Shown here piece by piece: positions 50,632-60,042 of a stretch of 64,000 nt of DNA (positions within the stretch are counted from its first letter, which is position 1; each line of letters opens with the position of its first letter). Location: the NCBI GenBank assembly GCA_963843575.1, contig CAWJKZ010000013.1:544001-608000 (forward strand). The letters run 5' to 3'. A program made the translations under genes and the position numbers. The notes beneath the pieces were generated by a model that was not told the origin of the DNA, made no database searches, and saw nothing but the letters and a program-made list of their open reading frames with translations. The DNA is from an uncultured Acidobacteriota bacterium. Its GTDB lineage: Bacteria > Acidobacteriota > UBA6911.

Positions 50632-51841
50632 CTAGATCAGGTCTTTGAGGAGGTGCAGGAACATGCCGACGTCGGTCACGATCCCGACTGCCTGGGACGA
50701 TCCTCGGTCCGAGAGTTTGGTCACGACGGCTGGATTGATGTCCACGCAGATGGTCCGGACCCAGGCGGGTATCATGTTGCCGGATCCGATCCCGTGCAGC
50801 ATGGTGCCGAGGATCATGACGAGCTCGGCGTCCTTGAGGAGCTCTGCATAGCGCGTCTGCGCCTCGATCATGTCGCAGATGGTGTCGGGCAGCGGGCCGT
50901 CGTCGCGGATGCTGCCGGCAAGCGCGTACGGAATGCCGGTTTTCACCAGTTCGTACATGATCCCCGACCGCAGGCCGCCCTCTTCGACCGCGCGCCGCGA
51001 TACTCCCGTACTGGTTGATGAAGTTGATGGCGCGCATGTGGTTCTTGTGTCCTTCGTGAGCCGGCATGCCGGTGTCGAGCTGGACTCCGAGGGACGTGCG
51101 GTACAAGGCGTGTTCGACATCGTGGACCGCGATGGCGTTGCCGCCCAGGAAGGCCTGGACGTAGCCGTTGCGAATCATCTTCGAAAGGCCTTCGACGCCG
51201 CCGGTGTGCACGACGACGGGACCGCAGACGACCACGATCTTCCCCTGCGCGGCCTTCGCCTGCCGGAGCAGATCAGCCAGCTGGCGCACCGCCACCTCCA
51301 CCCTCCGTTCGGAGGAGATGTCGCTGGCCATGAAAATGAAGTCCTTGCGGTCCCGGTCCTTGAATTCCGGCACCACCCGGATGCCGGCATGGCCGCAGAC
51401 GACCCGGTCGCCCTCCCGGATGTCCCGCAGTTTGACGCAACGTGGGCCGTCGGCTTCGATCCGGATGACGGCGTCCATGCGCTGGTCCCGCACGAGCTGC
51501 CACTCGCCCGAGAGGCGGACGTAGGTGTGGTAGTTGGTCGTGGAGTAGAAGTCATCCGGCACACGCCCCGGGCCCAGGGCGGGGCTCAGGCGGGCGTCTT
51601 CCGCCTCGCTGAGATAGCACCCAAGCGGTACGAGCAGTCCAGAAGCTCCGCCCAGGGTGGCGGGATCGGGCGAAAGCACGCGGATGCGGGTGTAGGACTC
51701 GTCGGTGTTGGTTTTGCCGACCTCGAATTTTTCGATTTTAAACGAGCACTTCCACTCGATGATCCGGTCCAGGATCTGGGACATCAGTCCCGAATCGATC
51801 AGGTGTCCCCGGGCTTCCACGATCTGCTCGAATCCCGCCAC
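50632..51841 (-). CDS. TIGR00300 / LOR-SDH domain protein (ornithine cyclodeaminase-like; indel near 50995)
   Basis: GHLIDSG, PDDFYSTTN, RMD, FMASDISSER, GGNAIAVHD, GSIRDDGPLP, KLSDRGS. Confidence 0.88.
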
Positions 51842-51906
51842 ACAGCCTCCTTCCGCTTGAGGGGCCGCGGCTGGCATCAAGCCGCCGCGGCCACTCGCTT
51901 GCGTCC

Positions 51907-53526
51907 TCAGGGTTTGGTGATGCTCGTGTAGAACGTGGAAGGAATCACCCGGCCGGTCTGGGTGCGGTTCACCCGGATGAATTTAAGGACGACCGGCTCG
52001 CCGACCTTCAAACCCTTCACGATATTGAGCAGGTCTTGGGCCACCGTGATCTTTTTCCCGTTGGCCGCCACGATGATGTCGGCGCCCCCCTGCTCCTGGC
52101 CCTCCAGTCCGGCGTCCTCCGCGAGGCTGCCGGCTTTGACCGACAGCACAAGTGCGCCCCCGGGTATGTCGAGTTCCTGGGCCATGCGGGGCGGGAGGTT
52201 GTCGAAGCTAAGCCCGATTTCGGGTTTGGGCTGTTCTTCCTTGTCCTCGAAACTCAGCGACCCGCCCTCGTCGTCCTGGGATTCCAGCAGCCTCTCGGCC
52301 ACCGTCACTTCGAGCGTCTTCTCCGCGCCCTGGCGCACGAGCTTCACCGGGACAGTCCTTCCCGGCGGCGTGTTGGCCACCGACAGCCGAAGGTCCTGGA
52401 CGCTCGTGATTTTCTTGCCGTCGAACTCGACGATGACGTCTTCGGGTTTCACGCCCGACTTGGCCGCCGGCCCGGTTTCCGAGGAATCGCCTTTCTCGTC
52501 GCTCAGGCCGGTGATCAGGACGCCGCCCCCCTGCTTGACGCCGAAGTATCGGGCCATCTCGGGTGTAAACGGCAGCGTGTTCATGTTGACGCCAAGCCAG
52601 CCGCGGCTGAATTTGCCCTTTTCGAGGATCTGATTGTAGACATTGACGAAGATGTGCGAGGGAACCGCAAACCCGACGCCCGCATTGGACCGCGAGGCCG
52701 TGGAGATGAAGCTGTTGATGCCGACGACCTCGCCATTCATGTTGACCAGCGGCCCGCCGCTGTTGCCGGGGTTGATCGCGGCATCTGTCTGCAGGTAATC
52801 GTTAAACAGCATGTTCAGAGACCCGCCGGTGGTGTCGAAAACTCTACCCGTCGCGGATACGATTCCGGCGGTGACCGTCTGGTCCAGTCCGAACGGACTC
52901 CCGATCGCGAGGACCCAGTCGCCGACCTTCATGCTCTTGGCGTCGCCGACTTTCACAAAGGGAAAATCCTTTGTGCCGTCGATCTTAATGACGGCGATGT
53001 CCGACAAGGGGTCGGTCGCAATTATCTTGGCCGCATACTCTTTCCCGCCCTCGACGTTTACCTTGACCTTCGACGCGCCCTCGACAACATGGTTGTTCGT
53101 GATGATGTAACCCTTGGGATCGACGATGACACCCGATCCGAGGCTGCGCCGGGTAAACGTCTCAGGCTGGTTGGGATTGTTGGGATTATTGAAGAACCGG
53201 TGAAAGAAGTCCTCCATCGGATCGTCGCCGGGTGTGTTGTTGCGCTGCCTCCGAGTGGGGCGGACCACCTCTTCGGTATTGATGTTGACGACCGCCGGTT
53301 CCACGAGCTTTGCCACTTCCTCAAACGCCTGCGACAGCGCCAGCACCGCCGAACCAACCGCCGGCTTTCCGTCGGTTTGGATTTTCAGTTGGCTGTCACC
53401 AGGGCCCACGGCGCCAACGCGGTAGGTGATCAGTGTCCCTATCCCGATGCCGAGCGTCAGGATAAACAGGACTACCAGGAAATTCACGATTCGCTTTCCC
53501 GGTCTCCAGCCCGTAGTGTTACTCAT
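51907..53526 (-). CDS. degP: HtrA/DegP serine protease with two PDZ domains
   Basis: TNNHV, DIAV, GNSGG triad; N-terminal TM; PDZ repeats. Confidence 0.93.
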   Translation of the reverse strand: MSNTTGWRPGKRIVNFLVVLFILTLGIGIGTLITYRVGAVGPGDSQLKIQTDGKPAVGSAVLALSQAFEEVAKLVEPAVVNINTEEVVRPTRRQRNNTPGDDPMEDFFHRFFNNPNNPNQPETFTRRSLGSGVIVDPKGYIITNNHVVEGASKVKVNVEGGKEYAAKIIATDPLSDIAVIKIDGTKDFPFVKVGDAKSMKVGDWVLAIGSPFGLDQTVTAGIVSATGRVFDTTGGSLNMLFNDYLQTDAAINPGNSGGPLVNMNGEVVGINSFISTASRSNAGVGFAVPSHIFVNVYNQILEKGKFSRGWLGVNMNTLPFTPEMARYFGVKQGGGVLITGLSDEKGDSSETGPAAKSGVKPEDVIVEFDGKKITSVQDLRLSVANTPPGRTVPVKLVRQGAEKTLEVTVAERLLESQDDEGGSLSFEDKEEQPKPEIGLSFDNLPPRMAQELDIPGGALVLSVKAGSLAEDAGLEGQEQGGADIIVAANGKKITVAQDLLNIVKGLKVGEPVVLKFIRVNRTQTGRVIPSTFYTSITKP

Positions 53527-53554
53527 AGCCCCTCCTGTTAAGTTGCCATAATTC

Positions 53555-53579
53555 TACGCGATAGGGATGCAGGAGTTCC
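53555..53579 (-). promoter_or_regulatory. ECF-sigma-type promoter candidate for degP
   Basis: GGAAC-N16-CGTA upstream of SD AGGAGG. Confidence 0.5.
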
Positions 53580-53609
53580 AGAATTTGGCGTGCTGTCTTC
53601 TCTGACGGG

Positions 53610-54503
53610 CTATCCGGAGGGCTGGGCCGCGTCCGCACCCGCTTCACCCCGGCGCAGTTCTGAGATCAGGATGCCAGCGAGCACCAGCACGCCGCCCAGC
53701 CATTCCTTCCCGGTCAGGGCTTGTCCCAGAAACCAGTAAGCGATCAGGGCGGCAAAGAACGGTTCGAGGCTGAAGATCAGGGCGGCCCGGTTTGCGGTCG
53801 TGTACTGCTGCGCCCGGTTCTGGACGTAGAAGGCAAATCCCGTCGCAAGCACCCCCGTAAAAAAGAAATAGAAGGCGAACAGGGAGTCCCACACGAGGAA
53901 GGGGCTCTCGAGCAGCGGAACGAGGAGGGTTCCGAGCGCCGCGCTGCCGGCGAGCTGGATGATTACGAGCTGGCGGTAGTCGCTGAGTCGCAGGTAACGG
54001 CCCAGCATGAGGATGTGAAGCGCGAAGAACAGCGCGCACAGGAGGGTCAGGCTATCGCCGTGACTCAATTTGAGCTCGAGTTTCGTCAGGGTGAGCAAGC
54101 CGAGGCCGACCGTGGCGAGCGCCACGCCGGCCAGGGTGCGCGGTCTGGGGCGGTGGCCGTACAACAGCAGGCCCAGTAGCGGCACCAGCAGGACCGCGAG
54201 GCTGGTGATGAACGCGGAGCGGGACGGCGTCGTGCTGCGCAGCCCCATAGTCTGGGACACGAAACCGCCCAGGAGCGCGACGGCGAGGACCAGTCCACGG
54301 CGCAGGGTGCGGCGTGATATCCCCTGGATAGAGCCGGGCATGAATGCCAAAACCACGACCGTCGCCACCCAGAAGCGCAACGCGATGAACAGAACGGGAG
54401 AAACCTGCGCGAGACTTTTCTTGACGATCGTGAAGGCGCTTCCCCAGATCAGCGTGATCAGGATCAGGGCCAGATCCGCGTTCAGGAGCTTCGGGATTTT
54501 CAT
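53610..54503 (-). CDS. EamA/DMT family transporter
   Basis: About 10 TMs, IWG, RF, SAFIT, LEP motifs. Confidence 0.92.
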   Translation of the reverse strand: MKIPKLLNADLALILITLIWGSAFTIVKKSLAQVSPVLFIALRFWVATVVVLAFMPGSIQGISRRTLRRGLVLAVALLGGFVSQTMGLRSTTPSRSAFITSLAVLLVPLLGLLLYGHRPRPRTLAGVALATVGLGLLTLTKLELKLSHGDSLTLLCALFFALHILMLGRYLRLSDYRQLVIIQLAGSAALGTLLVPLLESPFLVWDSLFAFYFFFTGVLATGFAFYVQNRAQQYTTANRAALIFSLEPFFAALIAYWFLGQALTGKEWLGGVLVLAGILISELRRGEAGADAAQPSG

Positions 54504-54555
54504 GGCGCCCGCGCATCTTAGCACAGCGTGTTATACTCGCGGGGATCTCATTAAG

Positions 54556-55929
54556 ATGCGCGACCGTCTTTTAGTCTACCTCCAAAGTGCCGGGCGGCCA
54601 CTTCCGGCGGACCAGATCCTTCGGGACGTCCTTCACATCGTTTCCCCGGGCACCCTCGCTTCGCAGGGCGTGCTGAAGAACATCCTGAAGGGTGATCCCC
54701 GCTTTGTGTGCGCGCGCGGGCTTTGGAGCGTGCGTGGTGGTGCGGCCTCGGATGCCCCCCTCGCCCCGCGTGACGCGACGGCACTCGTGGTGCAGCAGGC
54801 GCGCGGCAGTCACGATCCACTCCTCGTGCGCGGCGCGGTGTATTGCGGGGCGGACGCGCTCGAATTCGGGACACCGGAGCCGGCTGGCCGCGTCCGGCAC
54901 GATGAGCTCCGTCGGGCGGCAGGGATGATGGCGGGGAGGCTCGTGGTCGCATGGGACTCGCGGTCGCTGCGCACCTGGCAGCGTGCGCTGCGGGCCGCCG
55001 GCCTGCCTCCCTGGGAGGGCGAGGCGGTGTCGCTGGTTGTCCTCGCCCGGCGCCTGTTCCCGCGCCTCCCGGGCAGGGCCAGCGTGGAGGATGTGGCGGC
55101 GGCGCTTGCCATGGCCCCCCCCGATCCCGAGAGCGCCCGCGCGCTGGCGCGCTTCGCTGCCGGCGCCTTCTCCGCCTGCCTCGATCTCATTCCGACGGAA
55201 GGCCGCCGCGACGCCGCGGCCCTCGGCCGCTGGATTGCAGCGGTGGACGCCCCGGTCGATTTCAGCAGCTTCGCGTTTGGCCCCGAGCTGCTCGCGGAAC
55301 TCCCGGAGACTCCGGGCGTGTACGTCATGAGAGACCGCGAGGGCGCGGCGGTGTACGTCGGCAAGGCGGCCAACCTCAGGCGCCGGGTGCGCTCCTATTT
55401 TGCCCGGGGCGCGCTCCGTGCGGCGAAGATCCGCGCGCTGCATGCGCAGCTCCACACTATCGAGGTCTTTACGGCCGAATCCGAGATAGAGGCGTTGATT
55501 GCCGAGTTGCGCTGCATACGGGAGATGCGCCCCCCCGTCAACAAACAAGCCGAGGTGCACGAGCGCGCAGCGGGGTACGGAAGGGAACGTAACCTGCTGC
55601 TGCTCGTACCCGCCGCGTCGGGGGTTCGCGCGGAGATATATTTCCTCAAAGCGGGAGTCTTTGCCGCCCGGCTGGGGGCGCCGCTGGGGCGGGCCCCGTC
55701 GAGGGCCCTGAAAAGCAAGGTGCGCAGGATCTACTACGGACGGAGGCACACGACCGGCCCGGGAGATCCGCGGGAACGGGAGATCATCTTCCGCTGGCTC
55801 GCACGCAACCGCCGCAAACTCAATTTCGTCGACCTGGACGACGCGGGCTGCTACGACGACGCGATGCGTCGCGTCTCCGATTACCTCCTGGATCCTGGGA
55901 GGCTCGCGACGAAGGTGTTTTATCGCTGA
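54556..55929 (+). CDS. GIY-YIG (UvrC/Cho-type) nuclease with a degenerate exonuclease-like N-terminus
   Basis: LPETPGVYVM...YVGKAANLRRRVRSYF...EALIAE. Confidence 0.8.
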   Translation: MRDRLLVYLQSAGRPLPADQILRDVLHIVSPGTLASQGVLKNILKGDPRFVCARGLWSVRGGAASDAPLAPRDATALVVQQARGSHDPLLVRGAVYCGADALEFGTPEPAGRVRHDELRRAAGMMAGRLVVAWDSRSLRTWQRALRAAGLPPWEGEAVSLVVLARRLFPRLPGRASVEDVAAALAMAPPDPESARALARFAAGAFSACLDLIPTEGRRDAAALGRWIAAVDAPVDFSSFAFGPELLAELPETPGVYVMRDREGAAVYVGKAANLRRRVRSYFARGALRAAKIRALHAQLHTIEVFTAESEIEALIAELRCIREMRPPVNKQAEVHERAAGYGRERNLLLLVPAASGVRAEIYFLKAGVFAARLGAPLGRAPSRALKSKVRRIYYGRRHTTGPGDPREREIIFRWLARNRRKLNFVDLDDAGCYDDAMRRVSDYLLDPGRLATKVFYR

Positions 55930-56055
55930 GGGGAATACTCTTTACTCCACCGGGCGTTTTGAGTAAGTTGAGCTTATCGTTGAGTGAGGCTCGCGCGTAA
56001 TTTCCAGAGTTCTACGACCGGCCAGTACTTCCCCCGGCGTTCGTGGAGGAACGAA

Positions 56056-56700
56056 ATGATGCCCTCAATCGCTTCCCTGATCGGAACCTTGGCCGCTGGA
56101 CTGAGCTTGCTGGTCCCCGCCGGCGTGCAGGTTGCACAGGAGGCGCCTACCCAGGCGAACTTTTTTGAAGTCCAGCTCGGCAAAGAAGAAGTCTATAAAT
56201 ACCAGAACCTCAAGCTCACCGGGGATTACACCACCCTGCAGTCCCCTTCGGGTCTCGCGGTGCTCGGCAAGACCGAGGCCGGCGTGACGGTCGTTGTGAT
56301 AATCGGCGCCGGAGAGGCGACGATCGAAGCCCCCGAGCCGGCGCGCGAGAAATTCAAGACCGTCTTCGGCCAATACCCGCTCAAAACGGCGTTCACCACC
56401 ATCTACATGCGGCTGAATCCAAAAGAGTACGACGAGACTTTCGGGAAGATGTCGCTGGCGAAGGCGCCCGACGAAGCCGCCTTCGCCAAGGCCAAGGAGC
56501 TGTTCGACCTGAAATTCCTGGGCTCGTATCACGCGGGACCCAAGGCGATCCTGCCGCCCTACAAGACGCGCGTGTTCGAAATCGACACGGCGGAGATGGG
56601 GCAGATCACGAACGAAGAGGGATACTGGATCACGCTCCGCAGGCTCTCTCCCTACGGGAGTGTCTATCCGGCGCGATTCGTCAATCCCAAACAGAAATAG
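56056..56700 (+). CDS. exported hypothetical protein
   Basis: Signal peptide, strong codon bias, GGAGG SD. Confidence 0.8.
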   Translation: MMPSIASLIGTLAAGLSLLVPAGVQVAQEAPTQANFFEVQLGKEEVYKYQNLKLTGDYTTLQSPSGLAVLGKTEAGVTVVVIIGAGEATIEAPEPAREKFKTVFGQYPLKTAFTTIYMRLNPKEYDETFGKMSLAKAPDEAAFAKAKELFDLKFLGSYHAGPKAILPPYKTRVFEIDTAEMGQITNEEGYWITLRRLSPYGSVYPARFVNPKQK

Positions 56701-56748
56701 GAGCCACGCGGGGCCGCCGGGGCGCCATGCGTGGCCCTCCGCGGTCCG

Positions 56749-57450
56749 TCACTGGCGGGTGACTTCCAGTTCCTTGCCGGGAACGGCGATCTTGTACAGC
56801 ACGTGCTGATTGTCCACCCAGAGCTGCATCACCATCGCACCGGAATCGACCTGCAGCCTGCGGGCCTCGATCTTCTTGCCGCGCACCCGAATCGTCTCTT
56901 TCCCCGTCTGCTTGATGACGAGCACCCCCGAATCGGTCTCCTGCGGGATGACGACCTCGAACTTCTGCGGCGTATCCTTGTGGTCGAAGTCGAACAGGCG
57001 GGCCAGGAAGATGAAGTGGTGAAACATGTTCGAGTCCAGCAGCGTGAACTCCTTGCCCACCAGGACCCCGGCACGGCGCATTGTGCCGCCCGGCTCGCCG
57101 TACTGAAAGATGGCCTGATTGGGGCTGAACTCGCCGACGATAGTCCCTTTCTTGCCGTCGACCTCGCTCTTGAGCTGGTAGCCGGAGGGGACGAATCGGG
57201 CGTTCATCTCGCACCGGGTCTCCATCTGCACCTTTTGCCGTTTGTCCGCCGGGTTGCGGAATTCCAGAACGGAGGTACTGCTGGCCGCGTCGCCAGCGGC
57301 GACAATGGCGAACTTCTCGGCGCCGATCTCTTCCCCCGCCACGTAGATCCTGAACTCGCCCTCCTCGCTTGCCGGCTTCTTGTCCGCGGCCTGCTGCTGC
57401 AGCGCACAGGCCAGCAGCACTGCAAGCGCCGTACTCACTCGCTTAGTCAT
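56749..57450 (-). CDS. exported beta-rich hypothetical protein (DUF3108-like)
   Basis: Signal peptide; GKETIRV, LWVD and KIAVP strands typical of this fold group. Confidence 0.7.
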   Translation of the reverse strand: MTKRVSTALAVLLACALQQQAADKKPASEEGEFRIYVAGEEIGAEKFAIVAAGDAASSTSVLEFRNPADKRQKVQMETRCEMNARFVPSGYQLKSEVDGKKGTIVGEFSPNQAIFQYGEPGGTMRRAGVLVGKEFTLLDSNMFHHFIFLARLFDFDHKDTPQKFEVVIPQETDSGVLVIKQTGKETIRVRGKKIEARRLQVDSGAMVMQLWVDNQHVLYKIAVPGKELEVTRQ

Positions 57451-57613
57451 GATCGCACGGGTGCCCTTTCCGCAACAGAGCCGGTCCGCGTGCCCAAGGG
57501 TCGCGGCAGGCTGCACTTGATCGATGCGCACCTATCCCGGGATTTTAATATACCGGGAAGTCGCGGTTGAGAATTTTTCCTGCAAGGTTGACGGGGCGAT
57601 CGGGCCACCTTTC

Positions 57614-57809
57614 ATGAACCCTGCGCAACAACGTCTGGACGGACTACGCCTACGCCCCCGACGCGAAGGCCCAGGTCGCTGACCTGGCGTTCGGCTCGGA
57701 CGCGCTGCTGGGCGCGCTGGCCTCCGACCGTCAACTCGCGGCCTTTGCCGCCCTGGGCAGCAACGTCCTGGTCGTCCATAAGGGGAAGGTCTATCGCATC
57801 CACGGCTAG
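57614..57809 (+). CDS. unlisted ~64-aa ORF or fragment resembling the C-terminal domain of VIT-vWA proteins
   Basis: Frame 57618-57809 reads TLRNNVWTDYAY...LAFGSDALL...LAAFAALGSNVLVVHKGKVYRIHG*; ATG 57614 is one base out of frame. Confidence 0.5.
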
Positions 57810-57840
57810 GTGCGCGGCTTGATGGCACCCGGCGATCGAC

Positions 57841-59343
57841 CTACACGAGTTGCGGCGCGTTCCGTCGCCCGTCCGGGACGCGCCGCGCGGCGAACGGCCG
57901 GGCCTCGCGCGCCTCGAACGCCTTCTTCCACGCTCCCAGCCTGCCGCCGGCGCGCCAGGCATCCATGGCCGCCAGGCCGGCTTCCGGCCCGCCCTGCGAG
58001 AGCATATACTCCACCCACGCCCAGCGAGGCGACGTGGGCCGGATCTCGACCCTCCCCTTCAACGCGGCGCGCAGCCGTGCCAGCTTCGCTTCCTGCAATG
58101 CGACCGGCTCAAACGGAGCGCCATCCATAGGGGTGTTGCGCTTGGCCACGAAGGGCGAGATGCCGAGCGAGACCGGGACGATGCGGGACAGCTCCAGAGA
58201 GAAGCGCGCCAGTTCGTCGATATCGGCCTGCGTCTCACCCGGGAGCCCGACGAGTTCGTATAGCTTGAGGCGTTGCAGTCCGGCCCCGCGTGCCAGTTCG
58301 GCGGTGCGCACGAGGTGCTGTTCCGCGGTCTTGCGGTCGATCAGGTTGCGGAGGCGCTGCGAAGCCCCGTCCGAGGCGGTGGTCAGGGTGCGGTACCCGC
58401 CCCGCGCCAGGAGGCGGACGAACTCCTCGTCCAGCCGGTCTGCGCGCAGGCTGGAGATGCCGACCTCCCGGCCCGCATCCACGATGCCGCGCACGATCTC
58501 CTTGATGCGCGGGTGGTCCGTTACGGCCGCGCCCACGAGCCCGACCCTGCGCGCCGTCTCCGGGATGAGCGACATCACCTTCTCCGGAGGGACGAGGCGC
58601 ATGCCGCCGTTGGTCGTGCGCCGCATCACGCAGTACGTGCAGCCACGGGAACAGCCGCGCTCCGGCTCGATCAGGAACATGCCGGAGAGCACCGTTCCGG
58701 AGGTCAGTATCTGCGAGCGAGCGGGGAGGCGTTCGGCCGAGGCCTTGGCGAGCCCGGGAAGCGCGGCGCTCCATCCCGGGGCATAGCAGCCCGGCAGGCC
58801 CGCGCAGCGGGTAGCCAGGTCGGCTCTTGACGTCGATGCCGCGGCGTCAAGGACGGCGTGAATTGGTTCCTCTCCCTCGCCGAGGACGATGACGTCGGCG
58901 AAGGGAGCGAGCGGTTCCGGGTTCGAGTTGGTCAGGGGGCCGCCCACGATGACGGGAGGGTGCCGGGAGTCCCTGTCTTCGCGCAGCAGCGGGATGCCGG
59001 CCAGGTCGAGCATTTCCAGAATACCGGGGAGCTCCAGCTCGTATGAAATACTGAAGGCAACGGCGCTGAACTGTGCCAGCGGCTTCTCCCCTTCGTAGGA
59101 AATCAGCGGCACGCGCGCAGCACGCTGCTCGGCCACCCAGTCGGGCAGGAACACACGCTCGGCCGAGGCGCCGGGGTGCGCGTGGATCTCGCGGTAGATG
59201 GCCTGGAATCCGAGCGAGCTCATCCCCACCGCGTACGGGCTGGGGTAGCAGAGCGCCACGCACAGCGGCGCCTGTTTGTGCAATGTCCCCGATTCCGCGG
59301 CGATTCTGCGCCGGATCTCGTTGGTGATCTCCCAGGTGTTCAT
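57841..59343 (-). CDS. radical SAM protein with a B12-binding-like N-terminal domain (TIGR03960-like)
   Basis: YAVGMSSLG, FSISYE, GGP, GEGE, RGCSRGCTYC, SSLRAD, PFVAKRNTP. Confidence 0.85.
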   Translation of the reverse strand: MNTWEITNEIRRRIAAESGTLHKQAPLCVALCYPSPYAVGMSSLGFQAIYREIHAHPGASAERVFLPDWVAEQRAARVPLISYEGEKPLAQFSAVAFSISYELELPGILEMLDLAGIPLLREDRDSRHPPVIVGGPLTNSNPEPLAPFADVIVLGEGEEPIHAVLDAAASTSRADLATRCAGLPGCYAPGWSAALPGLAKASAERLPARSQILTSGTVLSGMFLIEPERGCSRGCTYCVMRRTTNGGMRLVPPEKVMSLIPETARRVGLVGAAVTDHPRIKEIVRGIVDAGREVGISSLRADRLDEEFVRLLARGGYRTLTTASDGASQRLRNLIDRKTAEQHLVRTAELARGAGLQRLKLYELVGLPGETQADIDELARFSLELSRIVPVSLGISPFVAKRNTPMDGAPFEPVALQEAKLARLRAALKGRVEIRPTSPRWAWVEYMLSQGGPEAGLAAMDAWRAGGRLGAWKKAFEAREARPFAARRVPDGRRNAPQLV

Positions 59344-59358
59344 CGTCTTTGGTTGCGC

Positions 59359-59997
59359 TCAGACCCCGCGCAATATCCCGGGCCAGATGATTTTGTGCAG
59401 TTGAAGCTGCAGCCGCGCCTGCACGCCCGAGTCGAGGAGCCAGCGGGCAAGGGCGTCGTACGGGAGCTTGCCGTACACCGGTGAGAACAGGACGCTGCCA
59501 ACGCGGGAAGGAAGGTCATACAACCGCACCTTGTCCGAAGCCCAGTCGAAATCCGCCCGGTCCCCCACCACGAATTTGACCTCGTCGGCGCGGGTGAGAT
59601 ACTCCACGTTGGCGTAATGATTGCGGCGTTCCATCCCGCTCGAGGGACACTTCAGGTCCATAATCTTGCGCACCCGCGGGTCGACGCCGCGCAGCGGGAC
59701 ATGCCCCCCGGTCTCAAGGCAGACCGTGTATTGCCGGTCCAGCAGCGCCCCCAGGAGCTCATGGATGCCGTGCTGGATCATCGGCTCGCCCCCTGTCACG
59801 AGCACCAGCCGGGTCGGATATGCGGCGATCGCCTCCACAATTCCCGCCACCGGGACTTCGGTTCCCTCGTAGAAGGCATACGCCGTGTCGCAGTACGAAC
59901 AGCGCAGATCGCATGCGCTGAGCCGGATGAAGGCGCAGGGGCAGCCAGCGAAGCTGGATTCCCCCTGGATGCTGAAAAAAACCTCGTTCAGTTTCAT
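59359..59997 (-). CDS. queE: 7-carboxy-7-deazaguanine synthase-like radical SAM protein
   Basis: EVFFSIQGE, FIRL, CDLRCSYCDT, TGGEP, QLQLHK. Confidence 0.88.
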   Translation of the reverse strand: MKLNEVFFSIQGESSFAGCPCAFIRLSACDLRCSYCDTAYAFYEGTEVPVAGIVEAIAAYPTRLVLVTGGEPMIQHGIHELLGALLDRQYTVCLETGGHVPLRGVDPRVRKIMDLKCPSSGMERRNHYANVEYLTRADEVKFVVGDRADFDWASDKVRLYDLPSRVGSVLFSPVYGKLPYDALARWLLDSGVQARLQLQLHKIIWPGILRGV

Positions 59998-60042
59998 GGC
60001 GGTGTCACGATCGGGTACCGGAGGAGCAGGGGGGCGGATCGG

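Noticed and set aside
57615-57617. In-frame TGA before the hidden ORF as selenocysteine or readthrough
   Set aside because: No convincing coding frame upstream and no SECIS-like hairpin recognised; an indel or truncation is simpler.
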